Shown: positions 38,898 to 49,155 of the stretch, piece by piece
Position numbering within the stretch: position 1 is the first letter of the stretch
How the letters are laid out: every line of letters starts with the position of its first letter
From: Dehalococcoidia bacterium
GTDB taxonomy: Bacteria > Chloroflexota > Dehalococcoidia > Bin125
Direction of reading: 5' to 3'
NCBI GenBank assembly: GCA_963663895.2
Contig: CAXXRD010000002.1
Location: 416,001-480,000, forward strand
DNA length: 64,000 nucleotides
Notes under the pieces: generated by a model
Seen by the model: only the letters and a program-made list of their open reading frames with translations
Database searches by the model: none
What the model was told of the DNA's origin: nothing
Made by a program: the position numbers and the translations under genes

Positions 38898-40237
38898 TCG
38901 CCGCCGTCCAAGGAAACGGGGGCAGTCGCCCGCTCAAGCCATTGCAGGTCGCGGGGGGAGGGGCGCCGATCGAGGCGGGCGCGGAGCCATCTCTCGGCCT
39001 TTTCTAATTCGCCGGCGCGCAGATAGGACTCCAAGAGCGTGTCCTCAAAGAGTTCGCGCTGCGCGTGGCTGCCGCCGATGCGGACGATCCGACTCTGTAC
39101 GGACTCCAGAATACGGATGGCGGTGTCGTAGTCGCCGTGGGCGTAGGCAGCGATCCCTTCAGCGAGAGCGGGAACCACTTCCCCGGCGCGGATCTTGCCC
39201 GCAGCGTGGCGGGCGCGGAGTCCGTCGATGAGCCGGCCGAGCGTGGTTTCATCGCTGGCAGCCGCGTAGGCGAGGGCGCAGTGGACATCGGCCCACATAA
39301 GGCCGGGTTTTGTGAAGGTTCGGCAGGCAAAGTCGCGGACGTCGTCCCAGGGAAGCTCACGGTCAGCGCCGTAGAGCTGCGCGCGCCAGAGGAGGGAGGC
39401 GGAGTCGGCAATGAGGGCGAGGGCGCCGGACTGGGAGACCTCAGGACGGATGTGATCGCGGTAGAGACGGAGCGCGGCATCGAAGTCGCCTTGGTTGAGC
39501 AGGAAGAGCGCGTGGTGCCAGGAGAGATGGGTATGGAGCTCCGCGGCACGGCTGTAGCCGATCAGCCAGTCGGCGAGGAAGGAGGCGCCAGCGGCGGCCT
39601 CGCCGTACTCGTAGTGGACGTGGGCCATGGCGTGCGCGCCGTAGCCGTTCTCACGGCGAAGCTGGAGGGAGCGTTCCGCGTTGCGGCGGGCCGGCTCGAA
39701 GAGGAAGTGCTCGATCTGCGCGAAGGCGAGAGCGCTGAGAAACCACCAATCGTCACCGTAGTCGGATTCGAGACTTTCGAGGAGCTGGACTTGCTCTTCG
39801 GCGCGGTCCTGGCGACCGCTGAAGCCGATGAGGCCGTAGACGCCAGTCGCTTGCGAGAGGGCGAAGGCGTCGCGGGGATAGTCTTTCACGTGCTGGTAGA
39901 TGAGATCGAGGGCGCGGGGCGCCTTGCCCTCGATAGCGGAGGCCAGGATATCGACGTGGCACTGCTCGCGGGGAGAGGCGCCCGCGACGAGTTGCCGGGC
40001 GATCGCGGCTTCCTCACGAGCGCTGGCGACATCGCCGCGCATCTGGCGGAGGCGGGCGCGGGCGACGTGCGCGAGGGCGAAGCCGTCGTCGGCTTTGACG
40101 GCGGCGGCGAAGAGCGCTTCCGCCCCCAGGTCGCCGGCGAGGGAGCGGTCGACGGCGGCGCTGTAGTGCTCGGCCGCGACGGCGGAGCGGGTCGCGAGGG
40201 CGTTGCCGTAGCGGTCGGTGTGCGTGGCAGTAGGCAT
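38894..40237 (-). CDS. TPR protein (TTC38-like)
   Basis: HAMAHVHYE, HLSWHHALF, DSASLLWR, IGGSHAQRELFE. Confidence 0.8.
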   Translation of the reverse strand: MPTATHTDRYGNALATRSAVAAEHYSAAVDRSLAGDLGAEALFAAAVKADDGFALAHVARARLRQMRGDVASAREEAAIARQLVAGASPREQCHVDILASAIEGKAPRALDLIYQHVKDYPRDAFALSQATGVYGLIGFSGRQDRAEEQVQLLESLESDYGDDWWFLSALAFAQIEHFLFEPARRNAERSLQLRRENGYGAHAMAHVHYEYGEAAAGASFLADWLIGYSRAAELHTHLSWHHALFLLNQGDFDAALRLYRDHIRPEVSQSGALALIADSASLLWRAQLYGADRELPWDDVRDFACRTFTKPGLMWADVHCALAYAAASDETTLGRLIDGLRARHAAGKIRAGEVVPALAEGIAAYAHGDYDTAIRILESVQSRIVRIGGSHAQRELFEDTLLESYLRAGELEKAERWLRARLDRRPSPRDLQWLERATAPVSLDGGD

Positions 40238-40316
40238 TACGGTTCTAATCGGCGGCAGCCTACCAGATCGAGCCGCTATTCTTGGCGCGCAGCGAGAGCG
40301 CGGGGGAGGGAAAACG

Positions 40317-40973
40317 GTGGTCGTCCAGCGCCTTGATGACGAGTTGGCAGCGCAACGCGCGCGATCAGCCGAGAAAATTCCGGCGGACAAGCAGGCATTG
40401 ATGGAGCAAGCGACGCGCGAACTGGAGGCGGAAGCGTGGCGGATGGGACTGACGGTGGGGGAGGTCGCACCGGACTTCAAGCTGCAGAGCGTGCAGGGCG
40501 AGACGGTGGAGCTCCGCGAGGTCTTGCGCAGCCGATCGGCAGTGCTGTCGTTCTACCGCGGACAGTGGTGACCCTACTGCAATCTTGAGCTGCAAGGTGT
40601 GCAGCAGATCAACGAGGCGATCGAACGGCTGGGAGGGCGAGCGTTCTTCATCGGGCCGGAGACGGAGGAAGAGTCGCTGAAGTTGATGGAGAAGACGCAG
40701 GCGACGATCCCGCTGCTGTACGACAGCGACGGCGCGGTCATGGAAGCCTACAAGCTGGGGTTCACGGTGCCGCCGTACTTGCAACCAGTCTACGCGGAGT
40801 TTGGGATCGACCTGCCGAAAGCGAATGCGCAGACGGGATGGCGCCTGCCGATCCCGGCGACGTTCGTCGTGGATCCGGTGCAGAAGGTGCGGGCGCGATA
40901 CCTGAACGCGGACTACCGCTACCGAATGGAACCAACGGCAATTCTCAGGGCGCTTGAGGAGATTCGGGAATGA
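40317..40973 (+). CDS. AhpC/TSA peroxiredoxin-like selenoprotein (UxxC); TGA 40569-71 read as Sec
   Basis: GGAGG RBS + GTG; APDFKL..LSFYRGQW-TGA-PYCNLEL continues in the same frame to LPIPATFVVD..DYRYRMEP; downstream hairpin. Confidence 0.88.
40582..40609 (+). promoter_or_regulatory. Bacterial SECIS-like hairpin
   Basis: ATCT-[TGA bulge]-GCTGCA-AGGTG-TGCAGC-AGAT starting 11 nt after the in-frame TGA. Confidence 0.75.
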
Positions 40974-41920
40974 AAGAGCTACCGATCGGGGTACACGTCT
41001 TCGCGGGGGATACGCCGGGGCTGGCCGCGGGGATCGTGGCAGCAGATGGGGCGGGGCTCGACGTGGCCTGGGTGACCCTCGGTCCCAATGCGCCGGACCC
41101 GTTCGTGGTCTACACGCAGGCGGCAGCGCAGGCGCAACGGATCCAGTTTGGGACGTCGATCGTGACGACATTCCCGCGACACCCGCTGGCGATGGCGCAA
41201 TCGGCGATGGCGCTGGATCAGGTGGCGCCGGGGCGGCTGCGGCTGGGCGTGGGTCCGAGCCACAAGCCGCTCGTCGAGGGCTTTTACGGGATCCCGTTCG
41301 AGCGCCCGCTCACGCATCTGCGGGAGTACCTCACGATCCTCAACGCCATCCTGAAAGAGGGGACGGTCTCGTTCCAGGGAGAGCTGCTGCAAGCGGAGGC
41401 GAGCTTCGGCGGGCCGACGCAAGTGAGCGTGCTGGCGTCGGCGCTGCGGCCCAAGGCGTTCCGGCTGTGCGGAGAGCTCACGGAGGGCGCGATCTCCTGG
41501 ATGTGCCCGCTGCCGTATATCCGTGACGTGGCGGGGCCGGCGTTGGAAGAGGGGGCGCGGATCGCGGGGCGGCCGAAGCCGGCGATGATCGTACATGCGC
41601 CGGTCGTGCTGAGCGAGGATGCCGAGGCGGTCCGGGCGGCAGCCAAGAGGCAGTTCGGGTTCTACCAGCGGATGCCGTACTACTCGCAGATGCTGCAGGA
41701 TGCGGGGTACCCGGAGGCGGCCGGTGCGGAGTTCAGCGACGCCATGTCCGACGGGCTGGTGATCTCCGGGAGCGAGGCGGCGGTGGGGGACCGGATCCGA
41801 GCGCTGCCGCAATACGGCGTGGACGAGCTACTGACGACGATCGTGCTGGTGGGCGATACGCCGCAGGCGACGGCCGATCGGACGCTGGCATTCTTGGGCG
41901 AGCTGGCGCGGGAGGCGTAA
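40970..41920 (+). CDS. LLM class (probably F420-dependent) oxidoreductase
   Basis: FGTSIVTTFPRHP, GRLRLGVGPSH, SALRPK..GELTEG; ATGA-coupled to the selenoprotein. Confidence 0.88.
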   Translation: MKELPIGVHVFAGDTPGLAAGIVAADGAGLDVAWVTLGPNAPDPFVVYTQAAAQAQRIQFGTSIVTTFPRHPLAMAQSAMALDQVAPGRLRLGVGPSHKPLVEGFYGIPFERPLTHLREYLTILNAILKEGTVSFQGELLQAEASFGGPTQVSVLASALRPKAFRLCGELTEGAISWMCPLPYIRDVAGPALEEGARIAGRPKPAMIVHAPVVLSEDAEAVRAAAKRQFGFYQRMPYYSQMLQDAGYPEAAGAEFSDAMSDGLVISGSEAAVGDRIRALPQYGVDELLTTIVLVGDTPQATADRTLAFLGELAREA

Positions 41921-42029
41921 CCCCAACCGCCGCGATTCGGAGTTGACGACTCGGGGGCTGCGGGAGCAGCATTGGGGTCCTCGCGGGAGGGCTCGCGACT
42001 GCGAGCCGCTGCGGGAAGGGAGGCCGCCG

Positions 42030-42242
42030 ATGGATACGCGCGCCGTGATTCGGGCGAAGCTCGCCGAGTTCGATCTCGACGTCAGCGAGGAGGACTTGGA
42101 CGAGCTGGTGCCGGCGTACGAGAACTTGCTCCGCCAGCAGAAGATGGTGGAGGCGATGCTGGAGAGCAGGCCGTTGACGGAAGGCATGGAGATGCCCCTG
42201 AGTGAGCCCATCTTGGTGCACAACATCGCGAGGTACCGGTAG
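42030..42242 (+). CDS. Small hypothetical protein, possible GatC/AtzG-like amidase partner
   Basis: GGAGG RBS, 70 aa, acidic helical, ends 2 bp before the amidase, LSEP motif. Confidence 0.65.
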   Translation: MDTRAVIRAKLAEFDLDVSEEDLDELVPAYENLLRQQKMVEAMLESRPLTEGMEMPLSEPILVHNIARYR

Positions 42243-42244
42243 TC

Positions 42245-43651
42245 ATGGCGATGAACCCGAAGGAACTGGCGCACGCGGAGATCGCAGAGATCGCGCCGCT
42301 GATCAAGAGCAAGGAGATCTCGCCGGTCGAGCTGGTCGATCTGAGCTTGTCGCGGATCGCGGAGCTGGACTCGACGATCAACGCGTTTATTCACGTGTTC
42401 GAGGACGAGGCGCGGGCCACGGCGCGGGCGCAGGAGCAGGAGATCGCAAGCGGGGCCTACCGCGGCCCGCTGCACGGTATCCCGATCGGGATCAAGGACA
42501 TCTACGAGAACGGCCCGACGACATGCGGATCAAAAACGCTGGACGGGTACGTGGCGGGGGAAGATTGCTTCTCGGTGAAGAAGCTCAAGGAGGCGGGAGC
42601 GGTCGTCGTCGGGAAGACGGGAACGTACGAGTTCGCCTACGGACCGCCGACGCTGGAGACCCATTTTCCACCGACCCGGAACGGCTGGAACACGAATTTC
42701 GAGTGTGGTGGGTCGAGCAGCGGGACGGCGGGCGCGATCGCGGCGGGGCTGACCTACGCGGGGATGGGGTCGTGCACGGGCGGATCGATCCGGTGGCCGG
42801 CGCAGTGCTGCGGCCACGTCGGGCTGAAGCACACCTACGGACGGGTCAGCCGGCGAGGCGTGTACCCGCTCTCGCAGAGTCTGGACCACGTGGGCCCGTT
42901 GGCGCGGACGGTGCAGGACGCCGCCTACATGCTGCAGGGATGCGCAGGATTCGATCCGCTCGACCCGGGGTCGGCGGACGTCGCCGTGCCGGACTTTTCG
43001 GCCAAGATCGGCCGGGATATCAAGGGGATGCGGTTCGGGGTGATGCGCGACCTGTACGAAGACAGTGCGTCACCGACGGTGACCCGGGCGTTTGATGCGG
43101 CGCTGCGGCAGATCGAGCAGCTGGGCGGGCAGACGATCGACGTGCCGTGCATCTCGCTCGAGCAGTTGCTGGCGTTTGCCTTCCCGCTGATGTGGGCGGA
43201 CGCGGGCGCGATCCATGTGCGGAACTTACGGACGCGGGCGGCGGATTACGGCCGGCACACAAAGCTCTACCTGCTGTGGGGCTTGTGCATGAGCAACGCG
43301 GCCTACCAGGACGGGCTGCGGGTGCGGGCCCAAGTGCGGGACCAACTGCTGGATCACCTGACGAGCAAGGTGGATGTGCTGATCCTGCCGACGGTCGGGT
43401 TCCAGACGCCACGGGTGCTGGAGCAGACGCCGGGGCTGGAGTTCCTGCACGGGGAAGCGTTCCCGTTCTACACGCCGATCTTCAACCACACGGGGCTGCC
43501 GGCGATCCAGGTGCCGTGCGGGTTCGACGACGATCACATGCCGATCGGGCTGCAGATCGCGGGAAAGCCGTTCGACGAGCAGACGATCGTCCAGGCCGCC
43601 TACGCGTACGAGCAGGAGGCCGGCTGGTACAAGCAGCGCCCCGATATCTAA
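42245..43651 (+). CDS. Amidase (GatA/AtzE-like)
   Basis: IKDI, GGSSSG, GSCTGGSIRWPA, PIGLQIAG. Confidence 0.92.
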   Translation: MAMNPKELAHAEIAEIAPLIKSKEISPVELVDLSLSRIAELDSTINAFIHVFEDEARATARAQEQEIASGAYRGPLHGIPIGIKDIYENGPTTCGSKTLDGYVAGEDCFSVKKLKEAGAVVVGKTGTYEFAYGPPTLETHFPPTRNGWNTNFECGGSSSGTAGAIAAGLTYAGMGSCTGGSIRWPAQCCGHVGLKHTYGRVSRRGVYPLSQSLDHVGPLARTVQDAAYMLQGCAGFDPLDPGSADVAVPDFSAKIGRDIKGMRFGVMRDLYEDSASPTVTRAFDAALRQIEQLGGQTIDVPCISLEQLLAFAFPLMWADAGAIHVRNLRTRAADYGRHTKLYLLWGLCMSNAAYQDGLRVRAQVRDQLLDHLTSKVDVLILPTVGFQTPRVLEQTPGLEFLHGEAFPFYTPIFNHTGLPAIQVPCGFDDDHMPIGLQIAGKPFDEQTIVQAAYAYEQEAGWYKQRPDI

Positions 43652-43859
43652 CGGCGCGGGGAAGAACGTCGGAGCGACGCTCGATCGCCGTCATTCGCAG
43701 GAGCAACGAGCCGCCAAGGAGCGCGGTGCGGCGCTGATCCGGACGGCGAGGAGGGCATGTCTTGATCTGGGAGCGCCCTGTGGCGTCGATCGCGCGCGCG
43801 TCCGCGGGGGATGCGGTGGTCAGCGGAGCCGGGACGCTCCCCGGCGTCTCCGCTAGAGG

Positions 43860-44813
43860 CTAGCCCCCCTCGACCTCGGCGAAGCGCCGGCGCATGACGG
43901 GCACGAGTTCCGACATGTAGACGTCCAGAGCAGCCTCATCCCAAGGGGCACGCAGGGCAACGTTGACGCCCTGCGCGCCGGCATCAATGTATTGGGCGAC
44001 GCGATCGGCGATCTGGTCCGGAGTGCCGACGAGGGATCCGTCTTCAGCCCCATCGCCCCAGTCGGCCCGGAGCTGCTGGCGGATCGCGGAGACGCGGGCG
44101 GGATCGATGGTGAGGTTGAAGCGGAGATTGACGGTGCGCTTGATGGTGGCAGGGTCACGGCCCTCGGTGCGGCACCAGTCGTCGAGAACGCCGCAGAGGT
44201 GCCGGAAGCGCTCGGGAGCGATGTAGGGGACGTTCCAAGCATCGGCGAAACGGGCGGCGATACGGAGGGTGCGCTTCTCTCCCTCACCGCCGACCCAGAT
44301 CGGGAGCGGCGACTGGACGGGTGGGGGCTGGCAGGTGGCGTTGTACACGGAGTAGTGACGGCCCTCAAACGTCGTGTGGTCCTGGCGAAGCATGGAGCGG
44401 ACGATCTGGACGGTCTCTTCCAGGACGTTCATGCGCTGGCCGATGGGCGGGAAATCGTAGCCGTATGCCAGGTACTCGGGCTCATGCCAGCCAGCGCCGA
44501 AGCCGGCCTCCATCCGGCCGCCCGAGAGATGGTCGAGCGTGGCGAGGGCCTTGGCGAGAACGCCGGGGTTGCGATAGGCGGCGCAGAAAACGAGACAGCC
44601 GACGCGCACGTGATCCGTGTCGGCGGCGAGAGCGGCGAGGGTGGTGAGGGTTTCGAAGTGGTGGCCCATGCCGTCGCGCGGTGGGGCTTCATAGAAATGG
44701 TCCCAGATAGAGACCCAGTCGAGGCCCGCTTGATCGACGGAGCGCCAGAGGGCGCGCATTTGGTCCATCGTCATGTCTTGGGGCCCGATGTGAACGCCGA
44801 AGGAAGGTGGCAC
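43860..44813 (-). CDS. LLM class F420-dependent oxidoreductase
   Basis: WDHFY, YRNPGVLAK, DHLSGGR, GAGWHEPE, IWVGGEGEKRTL. Confidence 0.92.
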   Translation of the reverse strand: MPPSFGVHIGPQDMTMDQMRALWRSVDQAGLDWVSIWDHFYEAPPRDGMGHHFETLTTLAALAADTDHVRVGCLVFCAAYRNPGVLAKALATLDHLSGGRMEAGFGAGWHEPEYLAYGYDFPPIGQRMNVLEETVQIVRSMLRQDHTTFEGRHYSVYNATCQPPPVQSPLPIWVGGEGEKRTLRIAARFADAWNVPYIAPERFRHLCGVLDDWCRTEGRDPATIKRTVNLRFNLTIDPARVSAIRQQLRADWGDGAEDGSLVGTPDQIADRVAQYIDAGAQGVNVALRAPWDEAALDVYMSELVPVMRRRFAEVEGG

Positions 44814-45041
44814 GGGAGGCTCCGATCACGCGTGGGCTTTTGCGCAGCAGTCTAGTAGCCGGAAGGAGCGATCGTGCTCGGGCAGACCGCCGTACAGGGT
44901 GGCAGGAGGAAGCCGGCGCGATGATCCCGGCCGGCCGGCTTGGAACCGGGGCGCTCCCAGCGCAAGCAGGACTTCCCGTCACCAAGCGAGGGGAGGGTTG
45001 CCGCAGCCCTTGACGTCGTCGCGGGTGGAGCCCGCCCGGGG

Positions 45042-46253
45042 TTAGTACGCCGCTTCGAGAAGGCCGTTGATATCGGCGGCGGTGACGGGGCGGGGGTTGG
45101 TGGCGACGACGAAGTCGACCAGGGCATCGGAGACGATGCCCGGAAAGTCCTCCTTGGTCACATTGACCTCGGAAAGCCGGGTGGGAACGCCCAGGTCCTT
45201 GATGAAGCGGCGGAGCTCGCTGATGAAGGCGCGGGCGGCTTCCTCTTCGGAGAGATCACGGCGATCGATCTGGAAGGCGTCGGCGAGGCTGGCCTGCCTG
45301 GCCTTGCTGACGGGAAAGTTGAAATCCATCACGTGGGGGAGCATGAGGCAGGATGTCACGCCGTGGGGAACGTCGCGCCGGGCGCCGAGTTGATGCCCGA
45401 TCCCGTGGCTGAGGCCCAGGTTGACGTTGGGAAGGCCGAAGATGCTCATCCACGCGGCGATCTGACAGCGGCCGCGGGCGGCGACGGCTTCGCGGTCATT
45501 GGCGGAGGCCGGAAGGTCGCGGACAAGGATCTCGAGCGCGGCCTTGGTGAGGCCGTCGACGAAGGGCATGTTGTTGACGGCAAGGTAGCTCTCGATGCAG
45601 TGATCGACGGCCCGGATCCCGGTAGAAGCCCAGAGCCACTCGGGGGTGTGGACGGAAAGGACCGGGTCGAGGTAGCTGGCGACGGGACAGAGGGCCGTGT
45701 CGCCGTAGGCTTCCTTGACTTGACGGTCGCTGTCGGTGATGCCGAGGAAACCGTTGAACTCTCCGGCGGAGAGGGTGGTGGAGATGGTGATGTGCTTGGG
45801 AGCGTTCTTATTCTTCAGCTCGCGGATCTCTACTTTATCGGGGTACTCGAAGAGGATTTTGTAGTCATCGAACGTGCCGGGGTCGGTGATATCGTCGGCG
45901 AGGCACATGGCGATGCCCTTGGCGCAGTCGATGGGACTGCCGCCGCCGACGGAGACAAGGAAGTCGGCACCGGCGGCGCGGGCGGCGGCGGCGGCGGCGA
46001 TCTGCTCCTCGCGATGGTTGTGCTGGCTCACGTTGTGGAAGATCCCGACGGCTTTATCCCCCAAGAGCCCTTGGATGCGGTCGACGACGTTGGTCTGGGT
46101 AGCGAGGGTATTGCTGGCGACGATGAAGACCTTGGTGCCGCCAGCGGCCTCCACATCGGCCGGGAGTGCGTCGATGCAGTTGGGTCCGAAGCGCACACGC
46201 TCCATCTTCGTGATCTCAAAGACGCCGCTGTAAGGTTGTCCGGTGTCAACCAT
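45042..46253 (-). CDS. Iron-containing alcohol dehydrogenase family
   Basis: VGGGSPIDCAK, TTLSAGE, DHCIE, SHGIGH, VPHG. Confidence 0.9.
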   Translation of the reverse strand: MVDTGQPYSGVFEITKMERVRFGPNCIDALPADVEAAGGTKVFIVASNTLATQTNVVDRIQGLLGDKAVGIFHNVSQHNHREEQIAAAAAARAAGADFLVSVGGGSPIDCAKGIAMCLADDITDPGTFDDYKILFEYPDKVEIRELKNKNAPKHITISTTLSAGEFNGFLGITDSDRQVKEAYGDTALCPVASYLDPVLSVHTPEWLWASTGIRAVDHCIESYLAVNNMPFVDGLTKAALEILVRDLPASANDREAVAARGRCQIAAWMSIFGLPNVNLGLSHGIGHQLGARRDVPHGVTSCLMLPHVMDFNFPVSKARQASLADAFQIDRRDLSEEEAARAFISELRRFIKDLGVPTRLSEVNVTKEDFPGIVSDALVDFVVATNPRPVTAADINGLLEAAY

Positions 46254-46380
46254 TCAAGTACCCCTCCCGCTTCGTTGATCAGTGGGGCTCGGCTGCAATA
46301 GCGCCGTACGGCTGCGCCGAGCGATCAGCCGCGTACTCCTCCCATTAGCGCGTCTCCGCGCGGACACTCTGGGGACGCTC

Positions 46381-47559
46381 TTAGGCGAGGTGATACACGC
46401 GTGCGGCCGTGCCGTGAAGGATCTTTTGGAGCAGGCCCTCAGGGAGGCCGCTGAGGCGCCGCTCGATGTACTCGTTCGGATACTCGGCAACGGAGGCGGG
46501 GCCGGGGGACATGCTGGTGGGATGCGGGAAATCCGTCTCGTACATGATGTTGTCGGGGAAGACTTCGAGGGCCTGCATGGCCGTCTGCTCCTCGAACCAG
46601 AAGCAGGCGTAGATCTGCCGTTTGAAGTACTCGCTGGGGAGGAGGTCGAAGTCGGGATGGTCTTGGGAGCCGCCGTTGTTCTTCCACTGCCAATCGAGCG
46701 CCTCAATGAAGAAGGGGACCCAGCCGACGCCGCTCTCAACGGAGACGAAGTTGAGCTTGGGGAAGCGATGGGCGATGCCGCTGACGATCACTTCACTGAT
46801 GGCGAAGCCGTTGTCCAAGAAGTAGAGACAGGAGCTGGAGATGACGCGGGAACGGTTGCGGTGGCCCGGCCAAACGACAGGCTCCTCTTCGTTGCCGGAG
46901 GCGATGTGGAAATTGATGGAGAGGTCCGCGTCCTGGGCGGCGGCCCAGACGGGGTCCCAGTGGGGATCGCCGAGCCAGGGGAGGCCGTAGGTTTCCGGAT
47001 GGCAGCCGAAGAGCACCCCCTTGAAGCCCAGTTGGGCGCCGCGTTGAATCTCGGCAACGGACTCGTCGACATCCCAGAAGGGGAGACAGAGGATGGGCAG
47101 CAGACGGCGCGTGTCTTCCCGGCACCACTCGACGAGGAAGTCGTTGTAGGCGCGGCAGGCTTGCAGCATGAGTTCGCGGTCTTCCAGGAAGAAGAAGCCG
47201 CCCGCGCCGAAGCCGCAGACGTTCGGGTAGAGGACCTGCGCGTAGAGTCCGACCTCATCCATGAGCTTGAGGCGGTCGGGGGCGCGGTAGGAAGCGGGGT
47301 CGGCGTCGGCGAGTGTGGGCGGATGGGAGGGAAAGGGGCTGTCGTGGCCGGCGTAGGCGAGCAGGGCGGTGGGCATGACCTGCTTGCCGTTCCAGATCCA
47401 GACATCGTCGTGCTGGCCGTGGCGCTCGCCACGGGGGTCCTTGATGACGCGGGGGATCATGTCACCCCACTTGGCGGGCAGGCGCGCAGTCCAAAGATTC
47501 TCGGGCTCGGAGATGTGGGTGTCGACATCGATTACGCGGATGCGGTCCACGACGGTCAT
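46381..47559 (-). CDS. Amidohydrolase_2 family protein
   Basis: IDVDTHISEP, QVLYPN, INFHI, VESGVGW, ETDFPH. Confidence 0.9.
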   Translation of the reverse strand: MTVVDRIRVIDVDTHISEPENLWTARLPAKWGDMIPRVIKDPRGERHGQHDDVWIWNGKQVMPTALLAYAGHDSPFPSHPPTLADADPASYRAPDRLKLMDEVGLYAQVLYPNVCGFGAGGFFFLEDRELMLQACRAYNDFLVEWCREDTRRLLPILCLPFWDVDESVAEIQRGAQLGFKGVLFGCHPETYGLPWLGDPHWDPVWAAAQDADLSINFHIASGNEEEPVVWPGHRNRSRVISSSCLYFLDNGFAISEVIVSGIAHRFPKLNFVSVESGVGWVPFFIEALDWQWKNNGGSQDHPDFDLLPSEYFKRQIYACFWFEEQTAMQALEVFPDNIMYETDFPHPTSMSPGPASVAEYPNEYIERRLSGLPEGLLQKILHGTAARVYHLA

Positions 47560-47706
47560 GGCAGATCCTTCCGAGGAGGGCGACGGTGCGCCAGTGACTC
47601 TACGGCCCCGACGATAGCGCTCCGCTCAGCGGGGCAGCAACTCGCGAGGAGGACTCGGCCTGGAGCGTAGAGGCTAGTATGGCCGCGCGAAAGGGTGGGA
47701 GGACCA

Positions 47707-49140
47707 GTGCTTGACCTGATCGTCCGCGGCGGGGAAGTCGTGAGGCCGGAAGGAGCCGGCCGGTTCGACCTGGGGGTGCGGGAGGGACGGATCGCAGTCG
47801 TGGCAGCCGCAGGGGCGCTGGAGGCGGAGGCAGCGCGAGAGGTCGATGCGCGCGGGCTCGTCGTCTTGCCGGGCGGGATCGAGCCGCACGCGCATCTCGG
47901 CGAGATCGTGCCGGCAGCGTGGGCGGGGGCACGGGATGTGTACACCCAAGGGCCGCGGGCGGCGAGCCGGGCGGCGTTGTTCGGGGGAACGACAACGATC
48001 ATTGACTTCGCGACGGCGCCCGGTCGATCGGAAGGCTTGCCGCCGACGACGATCAACGAGGATGTGGATCGACGCCGGACGGCGTTCGCGGGGCAGTGCT
48101 ACACGGACTACGCCTTCCACTACGTGCTGCGGGGGGAAGTGGGGGCAGAGCGATTGTCACAGGTGGCGGAGGCCGTGGCGCAGGGAAACGCGAGCTTCAA
48201 GGTGTTTATGACCTTCCCCCGGCTGCGGGTGCCGGACGGATCTCTCGCAGCGGCATTCGAGGCGGTGGGACGGGCGGGCGGGATGATGGTGGTGCATGGC
48301 GAGAACGATGAAGTGGTTCGGGCGATGACGGAGCGGCTGAAGCGGGAGGGCCGGGATCAGGCGTCGAACTTGCACCTAGTGCACAACAACCTGTCGGAGG
48401 CGCTGGCCTTTCAGACGGCGACGCGGATCGCGTCACATCACGGAGCCGGCATGTACTTCGTGCATACGACGGCGCGGGAGGGAGTGGAGATAATCGCCGA
48501 GGCACGGGCGGCGGGGCAGCCCGTATACGGGGAAGCGCTGCACAACTACCTGGAGTTCACGGCGGCTGACTATGTGAAACCGGAGGGGATGCTGGTGCAT
48601 ACCTATCCGGCGCTCAAAGGGGAAGCCGACCGGGAAGCGCTGGTCGAGGGACTGCTGGACGGGCGACTCTCCACGGTGGGTACCGACGAGTACACGACAT
48701 CGCGGCAGGTGAAGCTTCACGGGACGACGATTGAGACGGCGGCAGGAGGGCACAACGGGATCGAGACGCGGCTGGCGGTGGCGTGGACGAAGTTCGTGGT
48801 GGAGCGGGGGATGTCGCTGGAGTGGTTCGCGGGGATCGTCTCGAGCAACGCGGCGCGCATTCTGGGGCTCTATCCGCGGAAAGGGGCGATCGCCGTGGGG
48901 TCGGACGCGGACCTGGTGCTGATGGACCCGTCGCTGCAGCGGACGATCACGGTCGCGGGACTGCACGCGGAGACGGATTACAGCATCTGGGATGGGTTCG
49001 CCTGCAACGGCTATCCGGTGATGACCATCTTGCGCGGCAAGGTCGTGGTGGAGAACGGAACGTTGCACGGCGATCCGTCGGACGGGGAATGGCTCGGACG
49101 GAAAGTCGCCCCGGAGATCCTGGCGGGCCCGGCGGTCTAA
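47707..49140 (+). CDS. Dihydropyrimidinase/D-hydantoinase-like cyclic amidohydrolase
   Basis: PGGIEPHAH, GGTTT, SFKVFM, VHGEN, FVH, GTD, GSDADLV. Confidence 0.88.
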   Translation: MLDLIVRGGEVVRPEGAGRFDLGVREGRIAVVAAAGALEAEAAREVDARGLVVLPGGIEPHAHLGEIVPAAWAGARDVYTQGPRAASRAALFGGTTTIIDFATAPGRSEGLPPTTINEDVDRRRTAFAGQCYTDYAFHYVLRGEVGAERLSQVAEAVAQGNASFKVFMTFPRLRVPDGSLAAAFEAVGRAGGMMVVHGENDEVVRAMTERLKREGRDQASNLHLVHNNLSEALAFQTATRIASHHGAGMYFVHTTAREGVEIIAEARAAGQPVYGEALHNYLEFTAADYVKPEGMLVHTYPALKGEADREALVEGLLDGRLSTVGTDEYTTSRQVKLHGTTIETAAGGHNGIETRLAVAWTKFVVERGMSLEWFAGIVSSNAARILGLYPRKGAIAVGSDADLVLMDPSLQRTITVAGLHAETDYSIWDGFACNGYPVMTILRGKVVVENGTLHGDPSDGEWLGRKVAPEILAGPAV

Positions 49141-49155
49141 GAAGCGAGGAGCCGT

